Source: the human T2T-CHM13v2.0 reference genome, Homo sapiens
Strand: one strand, 5' to 3'
Assembly: GCF_009914755.1 (NCBI RefSeq)
Contig: NC_060925.1
DNA length: 64,000 nt
Shown: positions 47,190-59,214 of the stretch, in pieces
Layout of the letters: the number at the start of each line of letters is the position of its first letter
How positions within the stretch are numbered: the stretch's first letter is position 1
The notes under the pieces: model-generated
Told to the model about the DNA's origin: nothing
The model's input: the letters and a program-made list of their open reading frames with translations, nothing else
Database searches by the model: none
Translations under genes and position numbers: made by a program

Positions 47190-47705
47190 CTCATTATCAA
47201 TGCTGCTGTAACAGCTCATCACAAACCCTGCAGCTTCCAACTGCCCAGAGTGAGATCTCCTGGTTCTTGTGGGTCAGGCATTGGGGCAGAGCAGGGCTGG
47301 GTCTGCTGTTTTGGGACCCCTGAGCTGCAGTCGAGGTTCTTGCCGGGACTGGGCTCACCTTGGAAACCTCTGGTAGGAAAGGATCCACTTCCAGGCTCCC
47401 TCGTTCGTTTGAAGGACTCCTTTCTTTGGGCTGTTGGGCTGAGGGCTCAGCTTCTCGCCAGCTGTCGGCCCGAGGCTGCCCTCAGTTCCTGCCCCAAGGG
47501 CCTCTCCAACACCACAGCTTGCTTCATCAGAGCCAGGAGGGACAGTCTCTAGCAAGACAGAAGTGACAGTCTTGCCATTACCTTTGCCGTGTTCTGCTGG
47601 TTAGAAGCGACTTGCTAGGTGCAGCCCACACTCCAGGACAGGGGCTGCCCAAGGGCAGGAATCCCAGGAGCTGCGGACATCAGTGGCATCTGAGAAGCTG
47701 CCTGA
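47190..47705 (-). mobile_element. Old MLT1-type LTR
   Basis: TGCTGCTGTAACA...GGGTCAGG...TTCTGCTGGTTAGAAGC pattern typical of reverse-strand MLT1. Confidence 0.6.
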
Positions 47706-48242
47706 CTTAGGAGCTCAATGGCAGCACCAGGAAGCTGCACTGGGCTGGAGTCAGGGCAAGGGACAGTGTCAGCGATGACCCTGGGGGACAGCAGTGCAGT
47801 CAGGAGCTCAGAAAGTACACAGATGCCCCCTGGGCGGTCTCTTCTGCACCATGTGGGCAGCAGAAACTACACCTACGGTTTCAGAACAACAGTTGGGGTG
47901 GTGTGGAAGGACCTCCACGACATATAGGGTGGGAGTGTGGAGTGATGGAGTGTGGAAACCCTTCTCACAGTTGTCACCTGCTCTCCAGCCCCTCCTGAGC
48001 CCGTGGACCTGCCTGCCTGCCGTGTGTCTGTCTGTCGTCTGTCTGTCTGTCTCTCTGCTGAGGGGCTCCCCGATGCCCTGAACCCAGACAGCCTCCTCAG
48101 CCTTTGTGATCCCAGAGTCTCCCGGCCAAACCTGGTTGATCTTTTTTAACCACCACCCTCTTCCCCTCCCTTATTTTGCTTTTCTTCCAGAATTTTCCCA
48201 CTGTAAAAAACCGAGCAAGTCTGGATAAGTGAGGCTGGCTCC

Positions 48243-48319
48243 ATGTATCCAGAATCAACGACGGGCTCCCCGGCTCGGCTCTCGCTGCGGCAGACGGGCT
48301 CCCCCGGGATGATCTACAG
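48243..48319 (+). CDS. KCNAB2: KCNAB2 first coding exon, canonical N-terminus [25 protein letters not shown] (exon 48191-48319 including 52 nt of 5'UTR)
   Basis: Polypyrimidine tract and TTCCAG acceptor at 48190; in-frame upstream TAA at 48204; donor CAG|GTGACC; translation equals the known Kvbeta2 N-terminus. Confidence 0.97.
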
Positions 48320-49298
48320 GTGACCCCCTGCCCCCTCACCCAGGCCCCCTCCCAGGGTCAGTCCTGCTTCGAGGACGGGTTCCCAAGGCCACTGTCCTCC
48401 CCTCTGGAGGTGGAAGGGCCCAAGCAGGGCCCACAGGCTTCTGCCTTCCACGGGGTTTTGAGGTGCACGCTGGTGAGCGTTTTCTCCAAGAAAGGAGCAG
48501 GGGCTTTAAAAACCCAAGTGGGAAAGAAAAACCAAAACTTTTCCAGGGCGTTTGAGCCAGAGTAGACTCCTTTCTTGTCCCTGACCCTTCCGAAATATCT
48601 CGTTTGAGGTTAACAGAGCGGCCGGACAGTGAGTGCACGGCCAACCCCGGCATCCTGTTCCTCCCACTTTATACATCGCAGCCCCTGTGGCCCTGCCAGT
48701 TTCTCCTGAGCGAGGATGACGACCTTGCAGGCCTTTGGGGAACCACGTCTGCCGGTTTCCCAACACTGGAGGGAGTGGGGGCGGCCAAATGCTCCTGGGG
48801 CATCCTGACCCCCTCCTTGTGGAACTCACTTCCGCTTGCAGCCCTGGGTGTTTCTGTCTGCACCATAAACAGCGCTGAACATCAGCGACAGCTGCGGAGG
48901 GCGTTCAGTGAGAGCTGAGCCTCTGGGGACAGAGCATAGAACCCACGAAAGACGCAGGCACAGGCAGTACCCCAGCAGCCCATCAGTCTTGGGAAGCCAG
49001 ACCTTTCCGGATAATCACTGGGGCCTGAGCCAGAGCCCGTGTCTGTGACAGCCACAGGGAAAGGCAGTGTCTGTCCTAAGAAGAGCCAGGCGGGCAGGTG
49101 CGGGTTTGCCAGCACGCGGGTGCTCTGCACGTCTGGGTTGGAGGGTTTTCAGCCATTGCCCACAAGCATATTGCAAAGCAAGTCCTGAAGCACATTCAAT
49201 CCAAACCAACCCTCACTCGGAGGTTCACCACGGAAAACAGGGCCTGGCATGGAAGGAGCCCTTGGTGTCCAGGAAACTGGCTCCGGGTCTCTGCCCCG

Positions 49299-49317
49299 TG
49301 GCCACCGGGTGGCGCTG
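49299..49317 (+). promoter_or_regulatory. CTCF-like motif TGGCCACCGGGTGGCGCTG
   Basis: Matches TGGCCACCAG(G/A)(G/T)GGCGCT with one core mismatch (A>G). Confidence 0.55.
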
Positions 49318-49504
49318 CTGCAGAGCACTTGGCACCGGCTGCGCTTCCTCAGAGACTGCCCTGAGCAGGCGACTGGTGGGGGCCTGGGGGCATGGGACAT
49401 TGGTGGTTCTTTCTGACCTGCACCTGCTGGGGTTGATGCCAACTGTGGACTCTCTCTCTTCTCTCCCTTTCTCCTTTTTCTCTTTTCTCCATTGCTGTCC
49501 GAAG

Positions 49505-49546
49505 TACTCGGTATGGGAGTCCCAAAAGACAGCTCCAGTTTTACAG
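49505..49546 (+). CDS. KCNAB2: KCNAB2 42-nt cassette exon, (S)TRYGSPKRQLQFY(R)
   Basis: Long pyrimidine tract, AG at 49503-49504, donor CAG|GTAATG. Frame-preserving (phase 2-2); matches the 14-aa segment that distinguishes the known Kvbeta2 splice forms. Confidence 0.96.
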
Positions 49547-51479
49547 GTAATGAGTCTTCATTCTCCCTAAAACCCAGCGAGCCGAAGGCCAGGGAGCGGG
49601 TGGGAGGACTGCACCCTTGCCGAGCAGGGTGTGCTGGTGTATTCTCTGAAGCCAAAGCCCCCGAGACCCCCAGGCTCTGCTCATCACCCTCTGTGCCTAC
49701 CCACAGGATGCTGTGCAATGTCCTGATGGAAAATGTGAAGTCAGGTTAATTGTATGTGTTGGTCTGCCAGAAGTTTGCTTTGATTTGAGCAAATGGGCTT
49801 TTGATGACTGCCAAGCTCTCAGCCAAATCTACCGTTAAAGCTTCACTCATCAGGCAGTGAGGGAGATGTCTTCCTGTGGTCACCAGCTTGCCCTGCTTCC
49901 ATTATCAGAGTACAGGACGTGGCGAGCCCATCCGTTCCCCCTTTGCCTGTGGGTTTGACCTGATCTGGAACTCACAGAGCTCCTCAGGCTCATTGAAGGT
50001 TAATGCCTGCTTGGGGGTGTGCAGTACTGATACGACGTGGATCAGTGACATCTTTCTGATATGTTTTTCTGTTGGTGAATTAACAAACCGGGCACCTGGC
50101 GAGAGACTGTGCCCCAGCAGGATGTGACATCAAGATGCCAGGCTTAGGGCCCTGCAGGGTGCTCTTGGGGAGACCCGTTCCTCTCTCTGGGCTGCCTCTC
50201 CCTCACCTGTAAGGCAGGGGATGCATGTTCTTGGTGCAGCCTCCAACCCTAGGAAGTAAAATGTCAGGGCTGCCTGGAGCCCATGGGCAGCAGCCTCCCC
50301 ATGCCTTGGGACTGTTTGGGGAATTGGCACGGCTTCTGGCAGCAGGTCCCTGGTATGCATTGCTGCATCTTGGCGGTCAGGCCGGGAGGTCTCTCTATTC
50401 GGACCCGGACATCTGGTAACAGTGCTTTGGGGATCGTTGCCAATGTGCCAGGCAGTGGTCATGGAGGTGGCAATGTATTTCCATGTAGCTTTTCTCTCCC
50501 CGCGCCCCCACTCCCCACCCCCCCCCCCCCCCGTTTGCCAGCCATAGCACCTCTGATGGGGACCGTGGACCTAGATGCTCAGAGTGATCTGTGCCACGCC
50601 TTCAGTGCCTCCTCGGAGGTCCTGCTCCTTACAGGGAGCTCTGAAGACATGGCCAACTCTTAGATCCTACTGAAATTTTGGTAGATAAGATTTTGCTTAA
50701 GATAGTTAAATCTGAACTCCGGCTTGCAAATGCTTTCCCTGGATGAAATGTTTGTATTGTGATGTATGTACACATGGTATAACAGATCCTAACAAACATA
50801 TGCCGCTCATCCCAGGGGATTTCATCAGTGAAACAAAACATGTACCTGAACTGCATCCTCAGAGAGCCGGGAGCAGCCTCAGTCCTCAGAAGGGAAGGGG
50901 TGAGGTCTGATGAGCAGGCAGGAAAATCCCAGGTGCAGACCTGCCAGCTCAAAAGGGCTGCCCACAGGTACAGACCATCCAGCTCCAAGGGCCTGCCCCT
51001 AGGAGGGGCCAAGTAAATTATCCAGTGACCAAGTGAGAGCCTTCCAGCCCACTCAAGGCCCTCAAAACCCCACAGGCTCAACATGTTGTCCCCCCCGCCG
51101 GGATCCCTGTGCTTAAGAACCTTCATTTCCAGGTGGCCTTCCTGGCCCCAAGGGAAGCTCTGAAGCTTACCCTCTAGGCTCTCAGCCCCAATTCTGGTGC
51201 CCACAGGCTCTGGCCATCCTACCCGTTGGATCTCCAGGGGTTCACTTGGGTGTCTCTTGTGGGGGCTCTGGAGATGACCTCTAAGGGCTAGGGTCTTTGT
51301 TTGTTAACAGGCTGGGGGCCACTCCTAGTAGGGCACCCTCATCACACCAAGCATACCACTAAACATGGCTATTGGATGGTTCTTTCAGTTACTTAGGCCT
51401 GGCCCTCTCACAGGGCAGAGGCGTTCAAGGCATGTGCCCTGCCCCCATGCAGCTCCCAGGCAAGGAATTGGCATAGGAC

Positions 51480-51930
51480 ACTGTGCCAATCAGCTGTCCA
51501 CCAAGTGCTGCATAACAAACAACTCCAAAACTCAGTGCCACGCAGCAATCAGCATCTCTTCCTTGCTCCCGTGTCTGCGGGTTGACCAGGCAGCTCGTCT
51601 AAGCTGGCTTGGCTGGGTTTGTCTCCAAGCTGCAAGTTGGATCCCCATGTCCTCCATCTTCCCATGCTTAACTGGGGCCTACCCCAGGCATGTCCTTCCC
51701 ATGGCAAAAGTACCAGAGGAAAAGCAGAAACATGCAGGGTCTCTTACGGCCTATGGTTGGGGTCAGAGCGCTGTCACCTCTGCTCACGTGCTTTTGGCCA
51801 AAGTAAGTCTCAGGAACCAGCCCACAGTCAAGGGGCTGGAAATATATTGCCCCCACCAGTGGGAGGAGCTATAAAGTCACATGGCAAAGGGCATGGGTAC
51901 AGAGAGGGGTGAAGGATTGGGAGCAATACT
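51480..51930 (-). mobile_element. Old MLT1-type LTR
   Basis: TGCTGCATAACAAACAACTCCAAAACTCAGTG...TTGGCCAAAGTAAGTC pattern. Confidence 0.6.
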
Positions 51931-53559
51931 TCCATGTACCCCAGGTCTCAAATAGCCCTGATGATCTCCAGAAGGCAGAGCACGTCACAGGAGAAGCCCA
52001 AAGAGCATTTGGGGTCCAAGGAAGGAGGGGCCACAGCCAGCTGAGAGCCAAGAAGACTTCACGGAGAAGGCAGCAGGGGCTTGGATCTGGTCCTTGAAGG
52101 CTGGGCAGGATTCAACGCAGAGGCTGGGAAGCATATTCCAGTAGATACAACAGCCTGAGCCACAGCTCAGAGGTGTGCACAGAGAACAGGAAGTGACAGT
52201 TACCCAGCCTGGGCCATCAGGGACATGATGGAGAATAAAGAGAGGCTGGCTGTAGAGGTGGATGTTGGTGGGGGGCCTCGAATGCCTAGCGATGGGGCAC
52301 AGATGCACTCAGAGGGCACTGGGGAGCCATCTATGGTGTTTGAGCAGGGCAGGGGTCAGAGATCTGCTCTAGGAAGGAAGCCTGGTAGCAGGGAGTAAGA
52401 CAGGGAAGAGAGAGGCTAATGCAAGGAGACCAGACAGTGCCCAGGAAAGGTGCAGGACGGCTGAGCTCCAGGAACTGCACAGAGAGAGAATGAAGGGGTG
52501 CAGGGCCTGAAAAAAGGACGTCAGAAGCCACGTCCACAGGGCTTGGCCACTGATGGGCAGGTGCTGAGACAGAAAGGGACAGAGAGGAGCAGTGGACCCA
52601 GGGAAGGAGAGGGCCTCATTCGGAGCATGTTAGGCTGCAGCTACCACCCAGTAGTGAGGCGCAGGCCCCCCGACCAGGGCGACATGTGGGGATCTGACAG
52701 AGTGGGCTTGGGCCTTTGGGGACAAACCATTTCAATTGCCAAGGCCTTCGCAGCTAGTCACCCGCAGCCAGGCACCTCCAGACTCTACGTGCTCTCCCAG
52801 CCTCCCACTTCATTTACCTTCCACACTGCGACTGGGGCACTGATTTCCTGTCCCCCACCTTCCCCCATGGCAGCTACCACTGTTTGCTCATTCATCATGG
52901 GGGGACGGTTCTGCCTCCATTCAAAATCCCACATTCACTGGCGCGCTTTCTCAGCCGGAAGATGATGTCACGCTGGGACTTTGCTGGCATCCTGTGACAC
53001 GCAGTGACCCTGGGGGTCATGACCCTGGGGTTGGGGCTCAGCACTTAGCCTCATCCCAGAGCTCAGCCTTGTTTGGCCTAGTCTCAAAGCATTTCCCAAA
53101 CCCCAGGTCAGGACATGTGCCGTGGAGAAGGGCTCCTGTGTCCCTGCCTGGAGTGAGTGGCAGTGTGGAGTCCAAATAGCAGGTTCTGGGGCCTTCCTGC
53201 CATTTATAGCTACCGGTAGTATCAGATATACCCATCTCGGGTGTATCCCCAGAGGACAGGAGGAGCATGCGCGTGTGCTGAGCAGAGGCCTCTCCAGACC
53301 CCCTTGGCTGTGGGTGGTGGCCCCATACGACGGGGCCCCCAGCTCCCCTGCTGCAGACACAGTTCAGAGTTGAGTGGTATGCGGAAGCCACAGGCTCTGT
53401 GTCCCGCACTCAGATACCAAAGAGCAAGGCCTGCCCCTTTCGACCTGTGGGTCCAAAGGTTTGTGTTTCTGGCACGCGGGGATGGTGGAGGCAGCAAGGG
53501 TAGGCCTGAGGGACGGGCAGGACCTCCCCCTCACCTTGGGCTGCACCCCAACCCCACGC

Positions 53560-53861
53560 ACCGGGAGTCAGCCTTGCCAGGTTGCAGCACGGAACTGCAC
53601 TTCCCGAGCTTTTAGGGGAAGAGGCACTCGTGAATAATTCAGCCTCTTTCACTGAGATGAAAACGCCCTAATAGAACTAATGGACTCGCTGCCTCAAAAC
53701 TCGACTCTGGTGGGACTCATCTCATTCACCAATTGCTTCTGACGTCCTGCAGTGACACTCCCTAATGAAAAAGCCGCTGTGCCAGATCCTTAGAGTGTCT
53801 GGTGATCCCTAATAAACCAGACTGTGGCCTTTTTAACGAGCAGACGCCCCCACGAAGGCAG
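53560..53861 (+). other. KCNAB2: KCNAB2 downstream alternative first exon (non-coding leader of the long-N-terminus isoform; TSS approximate)
   Basis: Consensus donor CAG|GTGAGT at 53861/53862, modest CpG enrichment, non-repetitive. Lies between the canonical N-terminal exons and the ATG-containing exon at 59189, which needs its own leader. Confidence 0.7.
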
Positions 53862-55179
53862 GTGAGTCCTCCCTTCAGCCGCTACCTTCCTAGTGGAGAT
53901 GCCGCTTGGGGGCACGCATCCGCGGGAATGAAAAATAACAGAGGAGACCATATTTTGGGGTGGTTTTGTCTGATCCGGAATTAGACCCTCCGTGTTTTTG
54001 CAAAGCAGAAGACCTTAAAAAAGAGCCAGCCTGAGGTAAACTTGGAATGACCGTGATGGATGGGGTGGTGGGCGGCAGGTTTCAGCCGGGCAGCACCTCT
54101 CGCTTGAGTCTGCTCACAGCCCAGACCTGCCCAAGGCTGACTGTTTTCCCATCTGCCGGAGACACGGGCGTCTAGCTCGTACCTCGCTGTGTTCACCATT
54201 GATTAAGATTCAGCATTTTCCAGTTTTGCCCAGAGCGCTGTCAGGGAGGTTTGGTCTTGTCTGAAATGTCTGTGCAGGAAGCACGTGCTGAGGGAGCCAG
54301 GGGCTGCTTGTTTGGGCCTCAGTTTGCTGATTGTCCTTGAGCGAAAATCATTCTGTGTTTGCACTGAAGCAATGCCGTGTCTTGTAGAGCCGCACCCCGG
54401 AATGGTAGCAGCTCCCCTTCCATTTCCGCTTTGGAGAACTCTGGCTGGGCTCTCTGCTCTCTGGACAGGTGTCACCATTCAGAAGAGATGCTCAGGGTTC
54501 CTTCTCAATCTCAGGTTGTATGCTTTGTTGGCTTTCAGTAAACAGAACAATTCAGAAATTCCAGGTAGAGGAGTCTGGGGTGAGGTAGTGATTCCTACTG
54601 ACTTAATGAGGTTAACATCTTCCTTGCATTTTTCCATGTCACGGTGTTAATTCACGTGAATTCCCCTGGGCCCCTGATCTACAGGAATAGATTTGCACCA
54701 GGCAGGCCCAGCCCAGGAAAGAACTTGTGGGTTCCACGTAATTAGCAATGGCTATTGAGGAGGGGCTCGTTTTTCTTGGTACCAGGGTGGTGAGGGAGTG
54801 TCAGGGCTCAGAGACCCTCACTCTGGAAAGCGGCCGGGATTTGGGATATTTTGAATTGGAAGTCAGGGGTCACTGTGCTCTTGAGCACAGGAGAAGTGGG
54901 GACCCTGAGGCAGGAGCCCGGCAGTGGGGCCACTCTCTCCTCCCTGCAGTGTCTTACCGGGGGGCCCTTCGTCCAAGGACCTGACGCTGCTAGAGTCTCG
55001 GCAAAAGCCCAGAATAGAGCCCCAGTGTGAGGGAGTCCAGAGGTGTCCTCTGTCCCCAGGCACCGCTGGTAACGGGCAGAGCCTCTTTGCCTTCTGCCTG
55101 TACCTATCCTTCTTCCCCTGGGGCAGCCCTCCCAGAGTCATGAGCCTTCAGGACCACAGGGAGCCCCCGCTGTACAGAG

Positions 55180-55462
55180 TCCTGGCATGGGAGTCCCCCC
55201 CACACAAGAGAGGGTGACCTGCAAAGAGCTGCTGGGTCTGAGGTAGGAAGCCAGCCCCGCCCCCACCAACAGCTGCCTGGCACTGCCAGGAAATGCCCAG
55301 GTATAGCCCTGGTTGGCCTTTTGGAGCCTGGGCCTTGGTTACTGTTCTACAAATATCTGAGCCCCTCCTCTGTGCACGGGACACTCCCGTGGGCACTGGT
55401 CAGGGGGCAGTGGCAGCAGGCAGAAGAGTCCTTGCCCTCCTGGACCCAACCTTCAGGGGAGT
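55180..55462. repeat. Copy 1 of ~285-bp dispersed direct duplication
   Basis: Aligns with 56758-57045. Confidence 0.93.
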
Positions 55463-56757
55463 CCAGCGGCCATGGGCTCCTCATGGCACCAGCCCTGCTC
55501 CTCACCCCACCACCCCATGCCAAAGGCTGCCATTTCTGTGCCCGCAAGTTCCCTGGCCCAAGCCCTGCCCTGGCACCATGGGGACAAGCTCGTAGCAAGA
55601 GGCTCTGGGCTCCCTCCGTGCCGCAGGGCTCCCACCTGCAGGTCTGCTCCCAGGGCTGCAACATGAGCTCTAAGGAAAGATTGCAAGCGGGCCCCCACAG
55701 GGAGGGACGCCCTCTAAATCCTGGCCACAAAACCCATTCTGTCCTGCCCTCTCTCCCCTCTCCCACTCACATCCCCAAACTCGGCCTTCCACCATCTTGT
55801 TGTGAAGGGGGCGATTATTCACATCTGTGTTCTCTTCCCTTAAGCATTTTCTAGGGAGATTTGGTGTCTGTGTGGCTCACTCCTCTCACTCAAACCTGTG
55901 GTCACAAGTTCCTTCCCGCCCTGCCTGCTGGCCCCTGGTGGTGGATTTTTCTTTCCACAGCATTTATCATAATTGGTGTCTTATCCCACGCCCCCCAACA
56001 GACTGTCTTCTGGCTGCGTCACCAACTCCCACCCAGTTGTCCAAAGCCTCATCTCATGCAGCCCACAGCAGCCTGGTACAACAGGCCTCTGCCCAGCCTA
56101 CCTCACAGATGTGGAGGCTGAGGCCGGGAGCGGTCAAGGTGCCTGCCTGGGCCACACCATGAGCAGGTGACAAGCAGAGCTGCCCCTGTCCAGAAGCTGG
56201 GCACTCAGCCACCCCGTCCTCCAGCCCCGGGGCCTTGGCTATATTTCTAGAGCCAAACCAGACCCGGATTGCTTTTTGTGAGTAATGTCTTGAAAGCTAA
56301 TGGCTATTGATCTCAGCCTGGTCGGGCCAGGCAGGGAACTTGCGTGTCTGAGGCTGGTCCTGCCTTTCAGAAAGAGCCCTGGGGCTACAGCCTGCCCAGC
56401 TGGCCTTCTTTCTAAACACAGACCTCAGGGAAGTGAGGGTTGGCCCCCATTTGCCCCACACCGGACTGGCAGCTAGCCACATGGCCACCTCAGAAGCAGC
56501 TGCCTGCCACGCGCATGGAGGGAAGGGAGTGGCCGGCCAGTAGGCAGGGAAGGGAAGCTGGTGCTGCTGTCTGTGGGTGCCAAGGGCCTCATTTCCTAAG
56601 GTGAACCTCTCCTGGAGTCCGGGCCTCTCTGCCCTCCAGAGCGATTCTCCTGGAAGGCAGACGGCTTTCCATGCCAGGGTACCCGCCTGCTTTAGCGTCC
56701 AGAGGTCCAGCAGCCACCACCCCTCCCAGCATAGAAATGAGCAGTGGTGAATGCAAC

Positions 56758-57045
56758 TCCTGGCATGGGAACCCCCCAGCAAGAGAGGACGACCTGCAAA
56801 GAGCCACTGGGCCTGAGGCAGGAAGCCAGCCCCGCCCCCACCAACAGCTGCCTGGCACTGCCAGGAAATGCCCAGGTATAGCCCTGGTTGGCCTTTTGGA
56901 GCCTGGGCCTTGGTTGCTGTTCTACAAGTATCTGAGTCCCTCCTCTGTACACGAGGGGCACTCCCATGGGCACTGAGCAGGGGGCAGTGGCAGTGGCAGG
57001 AGGCAGAAGGGTCCCTGCCCTCCTGGACTCAACCTTCAGGGGAGT
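56758..57045. repeat. Copy 2 of ~285-bp dispersed direct duplication
   Basis: Aligns with 55180-55462; 56820-56915 is identical to 55245-55340. Confidence 0.93.
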
Positions 57046-59214
57046 GAATTCAGCACACAGGACAGCTAGAAAGGAATCAGCAAGGTGGATGATGGCGAGC
57101 GCCATGGAGACAGATCACAGCAGGAAAGAGGCACATGGTGTGGTTTGTGTGGGACAGAGGGTAGGATGGGAAACGCAGCCCCCCCACCCCCGGGAGCCAT
57201 GCCCATCAGACAGAGGTGCAGAGGTGCAGACAGCACAGCAGGCTCCCCAAGGACGACTGGTTGCTCGCCTTTAGGGAGGGGGCCATCCAGCCCTGACCAG
57301 GGTGGTGGGGCCAAGGCCTGTGTGGACACTGCTACCCAGCTCCCTGTAGGGGCTCCTCGGGGGCTCCTTGCCTGCTGGTCTCTCTTTAGCTCTTCTCTGA
57401 GCCCACCTTCCCTACCTCAATTGCATGTTCATGCAACAGGCATTTGTAGGCTCTGCTCTGAGCTAGGCCTCATGCTGGGCACAACAGGGCAGACATGAAT
57501 GAAGGTCCCTGCAAATAAGATACAGACGAATACTTGCAGGGAAACCCCCATGAAAGAGGCAGCTGTGGGGCTCCTGGAGGTGGCCCCCCTCTCTGGGTGC
57601 ACATATAGGCAGAGCAGTGAAAGGTCAGCAGGCTGGTCACCCATTCTGGAAGGACCCCAGCACATGGGGCTCATCACAAACTCCTGCCCCTTGTGGGTCT
57701 TTCCTTTGGCCCCTGGAGCTCACCCCAGGAAAGGCCCAGCCTGGGGCAACTCCAGGACATCTCAACCCCCTTCAAGGACCGTGCTAAAGCCTCTGTAGCT
57801 GCCTCAGCTCCCAGGATAGCCCTCCCAGCTCCTTCCCAGGGATAATCGAACTTTTCCTCTCTTGGGGCAGAAGGTGGGGACAGTGCTGGTTCCTTTCCAG
57901 CTCCCAGGCCAGGTTCCAGGATCCCACTGTGCAGCTGACCCAGCTGAAATGGTGACTTCCCCTCTGCACCTTCTCTCTCTGGTGATGATGCAGAGCTGCA
58001 GTGCAGGCCACCTGGGCCATGGCCGAGGCTGCAGTCAGGTGGGGTGAGGGTCACTGGACTGGGGACCTCCTTTGTGTTGAGCCTGCCTCCATGTCCTCAT
58101 TGCGCTGTCACAGACTCTGCAGGGTGAGGACTCAGCCCCGAGGCTGCCCTCACTGGTCCACTCACTGTTGTGCACATGAATTAACACCAGTGGTTGCGTT
58201 CTGGACACACGCTTTCTCCCTTGGCCTTTTAATTGTCCACTATCTCTCAGGGCTCACTCACTCACTATGTTGAGATGCCTCATTCTTGACAGCAGCACAA
58301 ATTCCCACTATGTGGATGGACTGTCACTTAGGTAACCAGTTTCCCTACTGATGGACATTTACATTGCTTTTAGTTTCCAAGAATGTGCATTCATCATTTC
58401 AGCTATATTTCAGTGGTTCTTCACATAGAAACTTTGAAACTCCCCTGTCCCAACTAAGCCTATTTCCCCAGGCCACTCTCCTCCGCAACCTGCTTAAATG
58501 CATTCTGCTCAGTTTTTCTTTTGCAAAAAGCATGAAGCCCAAAGATCTCTGCGGTGCAATGATGCGTTCAACAAGCAGGGAATGTGTTGTATAGATAGCA
58601 TTTCCCTTTACAAGGCTAAGAGCAAATAGGACCTTCCCATGTTGGGGCCACCTGGCATGCGGGGGTGAGGTGCCTCCCTGGCATAATTACAGGAGAGTTT
58701 ACTTCAGCAACAGGTGTGCCCTGCGCTGCTTTCCCAGGGACAGCTTTTGACCCAGTTTTACCCTGGGAACCACCTCAAGAGACCACCATGACATGGTACC
58801 GCAGTCACCACGGAACAGCAACCCTGGTCTTCAGCATTTGGGGGGCTCAGGCTCTGCATGCTCTCTGTGCTCCCGTTTTCATTTGGACACTTGGGGTGCA
58901 GCTGTCCTGCCTGGAATGCAGCTTTGCCTGTGCTTGTCTCACAGATGCAGGGGACAGAAAAGGGCAGCTTAGCCAGAGTTCCTGGCAAGCACTGCTTTGC
59001 GGACTGAGAATCTCATGCCAAGAGGTGTTTACATCCAGGGGCCGGGTCCCACTCCTAGACACCAAGACCTGGTGGTGGCACTAGTTAAAGGATGTTTCGC
59101 TGCAGCTGCCCCCTGCCCCAGGGCCAGCCATCCAGCCTGGGGCACGTGGGGCATTGGCACACTGTCTAACTCATCACCGTCTGGACAGTGGCAGCTCCCA
59201 AGCCAGGCGGCACC

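Noticed and set aside
59188-59214. N-terminal extension MAAPKPGGT in the ORF track
   Set aside because: Its GTG start straddles the splice acceptor; the real start is the Kozak ATG at 59215.
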